A stretch of 64,000 nt of DNA from Azolla caroliniana (Eukaryota; Plantae; Polypodiophyta), in assembly GCA_043228905.1 (NCBI GenBank), contig JBHGNT010000004.1, positions 15,252,001 through 15,316,000 on the forward strand, written 5' to 3'. Position numbers and translations under genes: made by a program. How positions within the stretch are numbered: the stretch's first letter is position 1; the number at the start of each line of letters is the position of its first letter. A model generated the notes under the pieces. The model ran no database searches. It was not told where the DNA came from and saw only the letters and a list, made by a program, of their open reading frames with translations. Shown piece by piece: positions 24,704 to 38,267 of this stretch.

Positions 24704-27700
24704 GTGTGGAATACGGGGTTCCGCGCCAGGTAGATACTGCTCATGTTGTCGCAGAAGAGACGAATTGGATCCTTGATGGGAACGCTCAGATCCTTTACTA
24801 TGTGTTTAAGCCATACAATTTCGCATGTAGCGACTGCTAAGCCCCTATATTCTGCTTCCATGCTCAACAGTGCGACTGTCGGTTGTTTCTTGCTCTTCCA
24901 AGATATTGCTCCGCTGCTGAAGGAGAAGACAAATCCGGAGGTGGATCGTCCATCCGCTTTATAGCCTGCCTAGTCCGCGTCGGTGTACCCTTCGAGTCGA
25001 ATAGTCGTGTTCGACTTATACATGATGCCATAAGACATTGTCGTATTGACATACCGTAGTATCCTCTTAGCACAATCAAGATGAAGGTTTCGCAGATTCT
25101 GCATGAATTGGCTAAGTAAGCCGACCAAATAACAGAGGTCAGGTCCCGTAATGGTTAAATAGATCAAACTATCGATCAAATGTTGATACTGAGTCGGCTC
25201 GCTCTTAGCGGTTCCTGAATTGACATCAATCTTTAGGTTACGATCGAGAGGGGTAGACACAGGCCTGTACTCGTTCATTCCGAACTTGTAAAGTAAGTTG
25301 AGGACATAGTGACGTTGTGAAATCATTATCCCTACTGGTGTCTGAATTACTTCAATGCCTAGGAAGTAATGGAGTTCGTGTAGGTCTTTCATTTCGAATC
25401 TACTGGAGAGAAGTGTTTTGACTTTGTTCATCTCGGCGAGATCCTTTCCTCTGACGATCAAGTCATCCACGTATAGGATGATGATGATCGGGCTATCCGA
25501 CTCATTTCGGATGTACAGAGAAGTATCGGAGTTTGACATCCGAAATCCGACTTGCTGAAGATATTGCGTGATCTTTGAATGCCAAGCACATTGTGCTTGT
25601 TTGAGGCCATAAAGTGGCTTCTTGAGTCGGCATACGGCGTGCGGATGTTTAACTAATTCGAATCCGGGTGGTTGTATCATGTACACCTCTTCTTCTAACT
25701 CTCCTTGGAGGAAAGCATTTTTCATGTACATCTGGTGGAGGTGTCATCCCTTCGCTGCGGCGAGCGCAATTACTAAATGTACAGTTGTCATCTTTGCCAC
25801 CGGGGCAAAGGTTTCTTCGTAGTCTATGCCATGCGTTTGCGCGTAGCCTTTCGCAACGAGCCGTGCTTTAAAGCGGTTTACAAAGCCGTCAGCATTGTAT
25901 TTTACTTTGTATATCCATCTGCAACCAATCACTTTCTTGTTCGGGGGGAGAGGAACGAGATCCCATGTCTCGTTTTTGCATAAAGCATCCATCTCCTCGT
26001 TCATCCCGTCGACCCATCGCGAATGCTTTGCGGCTTCGGAAAGCGTTTCTAGTTCCCATACTGACGCTACTTTCATCATAAAGGCGTAGTGATACGCCAT
26101 GTACTCGTCGTAGCCATAGCAGTTTACGGGGTTCTTTTCATATCTGGATCGGCGTAGCTCTCGATCTGTGGGGAGTATGGCTTCCTTCGCTCCATCTATG
26201 CGGATGTCGTGATCTTCAAGTTCACTGTCAAGAGAGTGAAGCATCTCGGTCTCTTCTTGATCTTCATATTCCCGCATTTTCGCCTTCCCTTTATCCAGCT
26301 TTGGACTCGGCCGAGATGTGCTTTCATCGCTCGGCAGCTCTGATGGCCCACTCAGCCGTGTCCATGATTGTTTGCGTACCCGTATTTAACATTTAAATAC
26401 ATATAGTACCTCATCATTTGTATAGTACGTACTATACCTCAATGTTGTTCAGTCAAATATCATGTACATTTGTCCAATACGGTATTTAATGTATTTATAA
26501 AAAAATAGGTATAATACGTATTTATAAAGAAAATGTAAGTAAAACCCTAACAAAAAGCGAAAGAAAAAAAAGATTTTAGTGAAAAAGAAGGCAAAGGAAG
26601 GAAGAAAGAAGAATAGAAGAGACGACGATGAAGAAGATGATGAAGAAGAAGAAGACAGAAAAGAAGACATAAACTTGTCCTGAGTGTGATAATCGCAGTA
26701 GATAGAAGAAGAAAAAGAAGAAAAGAGAAACCTATCATGAGTGTGATAATCGTAGACAAATCCTCAATCTATGAAGGCATAATTGTAAATAATTACAATT
26801 TGAAGTAGAACATCGTGATACACACTTACACTGATTTATAGAATAAGGGAATGTCGACATCCATATTACTAAAAGTATTTTCGGATGTGAAATGTTCAAA
26901 TATCTTATATGCATTTTAGGATGTAGAACTATATTGTATATCACAAAATTGTGTAAACATATATGTTTTTTACAATATTATAGATATTTTTTAGAAAGGT
27001 AAATAATTTTCAAATTCTAGAAGTATTTAACGTATTATACGTAAAATATGTATTTTATAAGTATTTAACATATTAAGAAATGTATTTAATGTATTTTTAA
27101 ATTGGGAGGTACTATACGGGTATTAATATGTTAAATACGTATGGTATCCGTACTATACCTAACCTACCTAACAACCTCGGCCATGTTATAATTGGGTTGT
27201 CTTCTAACATCTGTGTGAGCCGATCCTCAGCTTCTATTTCTATTTCAGTGTCATCCGCGTCGAGCGGGGTTGGAGTCGAAGTATTCTCTGGTGCGTACCA
27301 GGATGCGTATTCATTGAAGACTACATCTCGACATGTTCGAACCTTGCGGGTAGATGGGTTGTAGCATTTGTACCCCTTCTGTTCGAGTGTGTATCCTACG
27401 AGGATACATTTCTCCGACATTGGGTCAAGCTTTTACTGTGTATCATCGACAATATGTACATAGGCGATAGAACCGAAAATGCGGACATGTGACAAGTCCG
27501 GCTTCTTTCCGAAGAACTTCTCATGTGGAGTTATATTGTGTACTCCCGAGGTTGTGCACCTATTCATGAGATATACGGCCATATTTGCCGCTTCTACCCA
27601 AAGTTGATTTTCGCAAGTTCTTCTCGTTTATCATGGCTCGTGCGACCTCTACTACATGGTGATTTTTACGCTCTGCTATGCCATTTTGCTGAGGCGTGTG

Positions 27701-29681
27701 TCGAGACGAGAACTCTCGTCAGATTCCTTTTTTTCGGAGATACTCTGTAAATTCATCCGAAAAATATTCTTTGCCTCCATCTGATCGAAAACAACGTACA
27801 TGCCGACCCGTGATTTTTTCGACTTTGGCTTTGAAGGTCTAGAAGTGCCTGAACACTTCACTCTTCTACTTCATCGGATAGATCCAGGTGTTCCTAGAGA
27901 AGTCGTCAATGAACGTGACATAGTATCGGCATCCGCCGAATGTTGCTGTTTGAGTTGATCCCCACACATCTGAATGTACGACATCCAGGATTCCTTTGCT
28001 CACATTCCACTCTTAAGGGAATGGCTGACGGCATTGCTGTCTGAACTGACTTGCTTCGCATACGCCTGTAATCTCCCTCGCCATAAAGTTCGGGAGTCTG
28101 ATTACGACTCCTTTCCATTGCATGTTCTAGAGCTTTTTGAGATTGATGTGGCCAATTCTCTGGTGCCACAATTTCAAGTCGGTTTCGACTTTCTGGCCCT
28201 TTGCAAACATGGTTGACTTTACCTCGCTCGATCTGAGGATGAACATACGGCCTTCACGACGGCCGTGAGCTATGGCTTGATCGCCTTTTTCGATGAAGCA
28301 CCCATCAATATTGAAACATACTTGCATTCCTTGTTCGACATTCTGGCCAACCGAGACCAGGTTTTTCATAATAGTGGGGACATGCAGCAAGTTCTTGAGG
28401 CAGGTCTGTTTGTCGTCGTTTCCGAATGGGACGTTCCCAATATGTTGTATTAGGTGAGTCGTGTCATCTCCTGTTTTGACAGATCTGGGATGTTCGGGCT
28501 TTCGTAGTTCCCGAAACCAATCTTCATGGGATGTTATGTGATTGGATGCTCCCGAATCGACAAACCATACGTTGTTCGGAGTGGAAGCGGTAGTTGACGT
28601 AAGTGCGGACATTGAGTGCGCTTCGTGCTTCATTATCAACATTTCGTCGCGGTCGCAGTAGTCGGAGTTAGTGGCGTAATTTGTTAGTTTTCGGCCTTGC
28701 TCGCGCTTCTTCTTCCGACACTCCTATTCGTAGTGGCCGAGTTTTCTGCAGTACCCGCACTCAATTGGGTTCCTACGGTTGCTTGGTCCGACATGATGAA
28801 TCACCCTTCCGCCGAACTCTTTGGGGCCGTTTTCTGTCCGCTTGCCATTGGTGGGAGTTACGCTATTGGTTGTGTCGGCCTTGGTTGAATCGACCTCTCT
28901 TTCCACGGCTTTGTCCTCATCCTCCATCGAAGTTCGAATATAGCATTTTTCCGTCATGCGCATTGTTCCTTTGACGTTCGTGATTCTCTTCGACTAGCAA
29001 CAATGATTGGAGATCAAAAAAGGAGGGAGGATTCTCTCTCGTGAGAACGGTCGATCATATTGTGCCAAATCGCGGTGCGAAGCCACCAAGGCATATTTGC
29101 ACCATTTCTTCGTCGTCAATACTAACATTGATCGATCCCAGGGCATCGCACAACCCCTTGATCTTTAAGGGGTAGTTGCCTATTGACATGTCCCTTTGTT
29201 GAAGATTGTTCAGCTCCTGTCGAAGTTGGAGCTTTCGTGCGGCCGTATTGACTGCGAAAATCTTCTTGAGGTTTTCCCACGTCGACTTCGGCGTTTTTGC
29301 CTCTCAAATGTAGTCAAGCATATGATCATGAACGCATGATGCAAGGCCATACAACACACAGCTTGTGGCTCGCTCCCAAGTGGGATAGTCGGCGTGTGTT
29401 GGGTTGGGTTGTGATTCGTGAGCTCCTTCGATGTAGCTCCAATAGCCTTGTCCGACAAGGTATTGATGCAGCTTGTATTCCCAAGATGCAAAGTTCGTTC
29501 TGTCGAGCTTCTCGGTAGGAAGAGCGCTTCCCATTTGAGTATTCATGGTGATTTCTTCTCTGTTGATGGGCCGGTTCTGTTGATTGTCGGCGTGCAGCAC
29601 AAAACAGTCGAATAGGCTTAATTTGTCAACCACATGCTCTGATACCATGTAACGGAATTGGAGGCAAGAGTGATTGCAATG
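24704..29681 (-). mobile_element. Element F: Ty1/copia element, same family as H. The 3' end is lost at the E junction and the 5' LTR is truncated to 34 bp
   Basis: gag ATG at 29546, PR (WFVDSGAS), INT, RT (YVDDL), RH. Met-i PBS TGGTATCAGAGC at 29636-29647 (minus strand). LTR stub 29648-29681. Confidence 0.92.
26363..27179. mobile_element. Non-autonomous hAT-like DNA element (MITE-like, about 817 bp) inserted in copia F
   Basis: Absent at the equivalent site in H (about 34890). Degenerate 8-bp TSD GCCGTGTC/GCCATGTT, imperfect TIRs CATGATTGTT/CGAGGTTGTT, subterminal CGTAT/ATACG repeats. Confidence 0.7.
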
Positions 29682-32564
29682 GGAGGTAACACTTTGCTCG
29701 ATAGGAATTATTGGTTTTTTCCCTAATATGAGCTCGTCCGGCAAATATCCTATAGTCATGCTATGGGTAGTTCCATCGGCCCACAATGCATGTGGTAAAA
29801 ATCGTGGCAAATCCCCCATCTTCCCATCGCAAGCCTTTGCTAGAGCTTTTACAATCGGGCTATGTCCCCGCTCCACCTTTCCATTTGCCTCCGGGTTGTA
29901 TGCCATAGTAAGTGATAATTTGATGCCTATCCTTGAGAAAAACTCTTTAGCTTCATTTGCATCTAATTCTCCTCTATCGACTACTATTTTGCCGACACAT
30001 CCGTATCGACAAATAACATCTTCAAGGAGAAACTTGCAAACTGCCAAAGTTGTTTTATTCCTTAGTGCCCCACCTTCTACTTGGTTGGTGAGATCCTCTC
30101 TTGCTAGCACAAGGTATCTCATTTGCCACAATCTCATTGGCATAACCACTATTTCTACCAAACACTTATAGTGCATTGATAATGGATACGTCAGATGAAG
30201 TTCATCCCTATATCGAACATTCGAGTATAATTGGCATTGCGCACATGTTTCAACATAGCTTGCTACATCTTTGTAAACACCCGGCCACCAATACTTCTCC
30301 TTGAGCTTTGCAAAAGTTGCCCATATACCTGGATGACCTGCCCACACACTATCATGAAATTCAGCAATTAGAGTTTGTTGATCTTGTTTCTTGCACACCA
30401 CTTGAAGTGGAGTTCCATTCTTCCTCTTTGGAAACTTCCATAGATGTCCTTCTTTGAGGAAGAACTTGTAGGCCTTCTTCCTAATTCGGTAGAAGTCTTC
30501 CTTTGACCATGATTCATCCTTTGTAAGAGAGCTTAAGTACTTGCCAATTTCGATGAATTCACCCTCATAATCATCTACTTTAAACACCTCTAACCCCCGA
30601 GCACAAGAAACCGTAAAGAAGTTTAGGCCAACATCCTCTTCATCAGAGCGCGGATCTTCTTCACCCTCATACCTTGCCCTTGACAACATATCGGCCACCA
30701 CATTATGTTTCCCAGTTATATGTCGAATCTCGGGGTTGAGTGACTTGATATAGCAATATCCAGCATAGCACAACCGGATATCATCCCGAGAATAGGTAGA
30801 CAATCAGTTTCGATTATGACTTCCATTCCGATAAGGTAGTCGCGATCGGTTTTAACCACGGATACTATCCCCCATAGCTCTCTCTTTACTTGGGCGTACT
30901 TTCTTTGTCTTTCGGTCAACACCTTTGCACCAAATCGGATTGCATAACGATTTTTGTCTTTGTCTTCTTGGTTAATCACCCATCCCATTCCAGTTGGGCT
31001 CGTATCCACTGTCACATATATCGGGGTACCTTCAATGTAGTCGGCTTTGCACAATGCTAGAGCTTCCAATAATAGTTTCTTCAACTTTTGAACCGCATAG
31101 GTATGCTTGTCTTCCCATTCAAACTTCTTCCTTTTCTTTAGTAGTCCACACAATGGTTCAACGACATGGGCATAGTGTGGAATCCATATGTGGTAGAACA
31201 CACATGCTCCCAAGAATCTTCTCACCTCTGTTTGGGACTCACACTCCTCTTTCATCTCTTGGATAGCATTCACCTTGGATGGAGATGGCTTCCGGCCATA
31301 AGATCCACATAAGTGTCCTACTACCAATATTTCTGGTTGACCGAATGCGGACTTCTCTCCCGAAAACGTGAGATTTGCATCCTCAAGCTTTTGCAACACC
31401 TTCTCACTATCCTTTATATGATCGATGAAGAATCTTCGGCAACCATCTTCGTCTTTTGATTCATCTTTTTCTTCCACCGAACATCCTTTGATCGGAATGT
31501 CATCTACGAAAGGCATTGTGATATCAGGAATACAAGTCGTTAACACTTTGTTCATGGCATTCACCATGTGGGCTACAGAGTTTGTCGCACCTTGGGGTAA
31601 GGTGCACATCCTTACGAACCCGATCGGTGTCCTCATTGTTGTAATGTCTCTACTATCGACTGTCAATTGAAATTGATCATAGCTCGAGTAGAGATCACCA
31701 ATGAAATAGATCGATCTTCCCGTGAAGGCTTCAGCAAATTCATCCACGCTTGGACACTTTCCGGCATTTCGGATCGTCATCTTTTTTATGTGTTGGAGAT
31801 CTTGAATAAAGTGTAAGGACCCGTTCTTCTTCGGCATTGTAAACCATCTATTGGAGTAGGGAGCATGGGACAGCTCAAGAATTCCCATCCTAACCTTTTC
31901 CTTTAGAAGCTCAATCAACTTCGGAATGTGAGCTCTTGGAACCGGTATCGGCTTGAGGTTCCAAGGTACATGTGGCACCGTAAATATCACCATCGGTTCT
32001 ATCATCTTCGGATTGGCACATCCAATTTCTTGTGGAGAGAAGGCGAAGGCTTTCCCATGTCTCTCAAGCATCATCTGAAACCTTTCTTCTTCTTCGGGGA
32101 GAAGGAAGCCATCCTTCCCGACTCGGAGTTTCCCTCTTGATTCGTTGGTGAAGGTATCACCTATCCCTTTTGGGTCTCTGAGACTTGGATCCTTGGTAAC
32201 TTCTTTCATCCTTTGCCAACTATCCTCCGGTAACGGAATAGTTACTGGTTTGACCTTCTTATCTACTGATTTATATTTTGTGTTTACTTTGACCAACTCC
32301 TCCATGACCCCTCGTCGGCATTCGTCGATGGCGGTATACATGTTGATGGAGTTTACTTGAATCGTATGTTCCTCATGCGGGCTCAAGTCCACTATACTCT
32401 CTATTTCTCTGATTGTATCGTTAAATGAGGCTTCCTCCATGACCCATGATATGTTGTCTTCTTCTTCTAATATTCCTTGTTCTTTTAGCCAATGTTCAAA
32501 GTTTTGAACTTGGCGCTTCTCTCTCTCATTGAGTGTAATCATCCCACATGCACCATTAGGTGCT
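29682..32564 (-). pseudogene. pol: Element G pol (RT-RH-INT, truncated in the integrase C-terminus)
   Basis: ORFs 30716-32596 and 29304-30803 are homologous to A/E pol. Confidence 0.92.
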
Positions 32565-32651
32565 TGTAACGGAATGGGAGGCAAGAGTGATTGCAATGCA
32601 GCGGAAGAAGATTAAGAGTGTGTGTGTCTGTGTGTCTGTGTGAGGCAACAG

Positions 32652-32688
<37 letters not shown>

Positions 32689-32891
32689 CTTAAGGCAAAG
32701 ATAGAAAAACTGTATATTAACCAAACATACATCAAACATAAAACATCCAACTATAACTAAGTTACAATGCGTTGGTTTATATACCAACTAAGCTAGGGCA
32801 AGTGCCCTTTCTACTATTTACAAAACTAGCCCAACATGTCCATGAGCTAGTGTGAAACCTATCTATGGGAAGTTGAGTTCGACTCTCAACA
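32565..32891 (-). repeat. 3' LTR of copia H
   Basis: Direct repeat of 37510-37838. Confidence 0.95.
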
Positions 32892-32985
32892 TGCCCCTTC
32901 GGACACAACTTCTATCTGTCGAGAAGGTTGTTCAGTTCGTACTTTGACTTGTCTAATCTTTTGTGTTGCGTACTCGCGTACTCGA

Positions 32986-35900
32986 TCAATTGCGTATGTG
33001 TTGCGTATCGTTGCGTATTGCTTCCATGTCGCCTGTACCTGTACTCCCCCTCAAGGTCGGTAATATAGATGTCGTGAGACCAAGGTCCAATGCAAATTGC
33101 CTGAGCTTGTTGACTCCTAAGGCCTTCGTAAATATATCAGCAACTTGGAGGTGCGTACTAGTATGTTGTAGATTGATCTCGCTGGCCAGTACGCACTCGC
33201 GGATGAAGTGGTAATGCACTTCGATATGTTTAGTCCGCACGTGGAATACGGGATTCTGCGCCAACTAGATACTGCTCATGTTGTCGCAGTAGAGACGAAT
33301 TGGATCATTGATGGGAACGCCCAGATCCTTTAGTATGCGTTTAAGCCATACGGCTTCGCATGCGACGACTACTACGCCCCTATATTCAGCTTCCAAGATC
33401 GACAATGCGATTGTCGACTGTTTCTTGCTGCTCCAGGAGATTGCTCTGCTGCTGAGGGAGAAGAAAAATCCGGAGGTGGATCGTCTATCCGCTTTATAGC
33501 CTGCCTAGTCCGCGTCTGTGTACCCTTCGAGTCAAATAGTCGTGTTCGACTTATACATGATGCCGTAAGCCATTGTCGTCCTTACATACCGTAGTATTCT
33601 CTTAGCACAATCAAGAAGAAGGTTTCGCGGATTCTGCATGAATTGGCTAAGTAGGCCAATTGAATAATTGAGGTCGGGTCGCATAATGGTTAGATAAATC
33701 AAACTACCGATCAATTGTCGATACTGAGTCAGCTTGCTCTCAACGGTTCTAGAATTGGCATCAATCTTTAGATTACGATCGAGAGGGGTAGACAAAGGCT
33801 TCCACTTGGTCATTCCGAACTTGTAGAGTAAGTTGAGGACGTAGTGCCATTGTGAGATCATTATCTTGATTGGTGTCCAAATTACTTCAATGCCTAGGAA
33901 GTAATGGAGTTCGTGTAGGTCTTGCATTTCAAATCTATCGGAGAGAAGTGTTTTGACTTTGTTGATCTCGGCAAGATCCTTTCCTCCGATGACCAAGTCA
34001 TCCATGTATAGGATGATGATGATCGGGCTATCCGACTCATTTCGGATGTACAGAGAAGTATCAGATTTTGACATCCGAAATCCGACTTGCTGAAGATATT
34101 GCGTGATCTTCGAATGCCAAGCACGCGGTGCTTGTTTGAGGCCATAGAGTGGCTTCTTGAGTTGGCATACCACGTGCAAATGTTTACGCAATTCGAATAC
34201 GGGTGGTTGTATCATGTACACCTCTTCTTCTAACTCTCCTTGGAGGAAGGCATTTTTCATGTCCATCTGGTGGAGGTGCCATCCTTTCACTACGGCGAGT
34301 GCAATTACTGTCTGTATAGTTGTCATCTTTGCCACCGGGGCAAAGGTTTCTTCGTAGTCTATGCCATGCGTTTGCGCATAGCCTTTCGCAACGAGTCGTG
34401 TTTTGAAGCAGTTTACGAATCCGTCGGCATTGTATTTTACTTTGTATAGCCAGATGCTACCAATCGCTTTCTTGTTCGGGAGGAGAGGAACGAGATCCCA
34501 TGTCTCGTTTTTGCATAAAGCATCCATCTCCTCGTTCATCCTGTCGACCCATCGCAGATCCTTTGCAGCTTCGGAAAGCGTTTCCGGTTCCCGTACTGAC
34601 GCTACTTTCATCATAAAAGCGTATTGATACGCCATGTACTCGTTGTAGCCGTAGCGGTTTACGGGGTTCTTTTCGCGTCTGGATCGGCGTAGCTCTCGAT
34701 CCGTGGGGAGTATGGCTTTCTTCGCTCCATCTATGCGGATGTCGAGATCTTCAAGTTCACTGTCAAGAGAGTGAAGCATCTCGGTCTCTTCATGATCTTC
34801 ATATTCCTGCATTTTTGCCTTCCCTTTGTCCAACTTTGGACTCGGCCGAGATGTGCTTTCATTGCTCGGCGGCTCTGATGGCCGACTCAACCGTGTCGTA
34901 ATTGGGTTGTATTTTAAGATCTGTGGGAGCCGATCCTCAGCTTCTATTTCTATTTCAGTGTCATCCGCATCGAGCGGGGTTGGAGTCGACGTATTCTCTA
35001 GTGCGTACCAAGATGCATATTCGTCGAAGACTACGTCTTGACTTGTTCGAACCTTACATGTAGATGGGTTGTAGCATTTGTACCCCTTCTGTTCAAGTGA
35101 GTATCCTACGAGGATACATTTCTCCGACATTGGGTCAAGCTTTTGCCGCGTACCGTCAGGAATATGTACGTAGGCGATAGAACCGAAAATGCAGACATGT
35201 GACAAGTCCGGCTTCTTTCCGAAGAATTTCTCATGCGGAGTTATATCGTGTACTCCCAAGGTTGTGCACCTCTTCATGAGATATACGGCCGTATTTGCCG
35301 CTTCTGCCCAATATGATTTTGGCAGGTTCTTCTCGTTTATCATGGCTCGTGCGACTTCTACTACATGGTGATTTTTACGCTCTGCTACGCCATTTTGCTG
35401 AGGCGTGTGTCGACACGAGAACTCTCGTCGGATTCCTTCTTTTCGGAGATACTCCGTAAATTCATCCGAAAAATATTCTTTGCCTTCATCTGATCGAAGA
35501 CAACGTACATGCCGACCTGTAGTTTTTGGACTTCAGCTTTGAATTTCTGGAAGTGCATGAACACTTCACTCTTCTGGTTCATCGGATAGATCCAAGTGTT
35601 CCTGGAGAAGTCGTCAATGAACGTGACATAGTATCGGCATTCGCCAAATGTTGTTGTCTGGGCTGGTCCCCACACATCTAAATGTACGTCACCCAGGAAG
35701 TGCCTGAACACATTCACTCTTCTGCTTCATCGGATAGATCCAGGTGTTCCTAGAGAAGTCGTCGATGAACGTGACATAGTATCGGCATCCGCCGAATGTT
35801 GTTGTTTGAGTTGGTCCCCACACATCTGAATGTACGACATCCAGGATTCCTTTGCTCACATTCCGCCCTTTAGGGAATGGGTGATTGCGTTGCTTTACAA

Positions 35901-37408
35901 ACTGACATGCTTCGCATACGCCTGTAATCTCCCTCGCCGTAAAGTTCGGTAGTCCGATTACGACTCCTTTCGATTGCATATTCTAGAGCTTTTGGAGATT
36001 GTTGTGGCCGATTCTCTTGTGTCATAGCTTCAAGTCGGTTTCGACTTTCTGGCCCTATGCAAACATGGCCGACTTGATATCGCTCGATCCGCGGATGAAC
36101 ATACGGCCTTCACGACGGTCGTGAGCTATGACTTGATCGCCTTTTTCGATGAAGCACCCATCGTTATTGAAGCGCACTTGCATTCCTTGTTCAACATTTT
36201 GGCCAACCGAGACCAGGTTTTTCATAATAGTGGGGACATGCAGCACGTTTTTGAGGTAGTTCTGTTTGCCGTCGTTTCTGAATGGGACGTTCCCGATATG
36301 CTGTATTGGGTGAGTCGTGTCATCTCCTGTTTTGACAGATCTGGGACGTTCGGGCTTCCGTAGTTCCCAAAACCAATATTCATGGGATGTTTTGTGATTG
36401 GATGCTCCCAAATCGACAAACCATACATTGTTCGGAGTGGAAGCGGTAGTTGACGCAAGCGCGGGCATTGAGTGTGCTTCGTGCTTTGTTATGAACATTC
36501 TGTCACGATTGTCGTAGTTGCAGTTCGTGGCATAATTTGTTAGTTTTCGGCCTTGCTCACACTTCTTCCTCCGACACTCCTCTTCGTAGTGGCCGGGTTT
36601 TCCACAGTACCCGCACTCAACTGGGTTCCTACGGTTTCTTGGTCCAGCGTGATGACTCCGCCTTCCGCCGAACTCTCTGGGGCCGTTTTTGTCCGCTTGC
36701 CATTGGTGGGAGTTATGCTCTTGGTTGTGTTGGCCTTGGCCAAATCGACCTCTCCTTGCACTGCTTTGTCCTCTTCTTCCATCGAAGTTCGAATATAGCA
36801 TTTGTCTATCATACGCGGTGTTCCTTTGACGCTCGTGATTCTCTTCAACTAGCAACAATGATTGGAGATCAGAAAAGGAGGGAGGATTCTCTCTCGCGAG
36901 AACGGCCGATCTTATTGTGCCAAATCACGGTGCCAACCCACCGAGGCATATCTGCACCATTTCTTCGTCGTCAATGCTAACATTGATCAATCCAAGGGCA
37001 TCACACAACTCCTTGATCTTTAAGGTGTAGTTGCCGATTGACATATCCCTTTGTTGAAGATTGTTCAGCTCCTGTCGAAGTTGGAGCTTTCGTGTGGCTG
37101 TAATGGCTGCGAAAATCTTCTTGAGGTTTTCCGACGCCTCCTTTGGCGTGTTTGCCTCTCGACTATAGCCAAGCATATGATCATGAACGCATGATGCAAG
37201 GCCATACAACACACGGCTTGCAGCCTGCTCCCAATCAAGATAGTCGGCGTGTGTTGGGTTGGGTTGTGATTTGTGAGCTCCTTCGATGTAGCTCCAGTAG
37301 CCTTGTCCGACAAGGTATTTACTATTGATGCATCTTGTATTTCCAAGATGCAAAGTTTGCTCTATCGAGCTTCTCGGTAGGAAGAGTGCTTCCCATTTGA
37401 GTATTCAT
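32986..37408 (-). pseudogene. pol: Copia H polyprotein, disrupted
   Basis: CGYCGKPGHYEEEC, WFVDLGAS, HSDVWGP, YMDDL, NPVFHVRTKHIEV. Confidence 0.92.
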
Positions 37409-37509
37409 GGTGATTTCTTCTCTATTGACGGGCCGGTTCTGTTGATCGTCGGCGTGCAACACAACAAAATCGAATAGGCTTAATTAGGCAACCACACGCT
37501 CTGATACCA

Positions 37510-37586
37510 TGTCACAGAATGGGAGGCAAGAGTGATTGCAATGCAGCGGAAGAAGATTGAGTGTGTGTGTGTGTGTGTGTGAGGCA

Positions 37587-37633
<47 letters not shown>

Positions 37634-37838
37634 TCTAAAGGTAGATATAGAAAAATCTATATTTTGACTAAAAATACATCAAAAATAAAACATCCAACTA
37701 TAACTAAGTTACAATGCGTTAGTTTATATACCAACTAAGCTAGCGCAAGTGCCCTTTCTACTATTTACAAAACTAGCCCAACATGTCCATGAACTAGTGT
37801 GAAACCTATCTATGGGAAGTTGAGTTCGACTCTCAACA
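37510..37838 (-). repeat. 5' LTR of copia H
   Basis: Adjacent to the PBS; (GT)n(GA)n tract. Confidence 0.95.
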
Positions 37839-38267
37839 GTGCTAAATATAGTTTTCCTTCTTGCTTCTTTCTTCTTTTCGGGGACTTACTTTTTCTCAGA
37901 CGATCTTTGCCCCATTCTTCAATAGTCTGTGTTAAAAATTTGAGGCCTCATCTCTGAGGTTATCTTGGTTCCTCTCATGATTAGCTCGCACTGTCAAGAA
38001 TTGAACCAACTTTTGACCATCAAGACTCTTCACCCGAGCGAATGTTGCTCCACTATCGAACACCTTAGTCTCCATCCTTGATGATGTTATGTAGGGTTGC
38101 CCAAGAATCACCGAATGTGAAGCCAAATCTTGCGCAAAAAAGTCCCATAATAAGCCCTATTCCTCCCCTCTTATAGAGGACAAGGGCGCCTATATTAACA
38201 TTACATGCTTTTTCTTTTTCCTTTACTACAAAAATGGAACGGGAGCAAAATACTCCTTAATTCATCA

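Larger units (their letters stand above)
32565..37838 (-). mobile_element. Element H: full-length Ty1/copia, 5274 bp, TSD GTGCT
   Basis: LTRs 32565-32891 and 37510-37838, GTGCT at 32560-32564 and 37839-37843, Met-i PBS 37498-37509, gag-PR-INT-RT-RH order. Confidence 0.96.
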
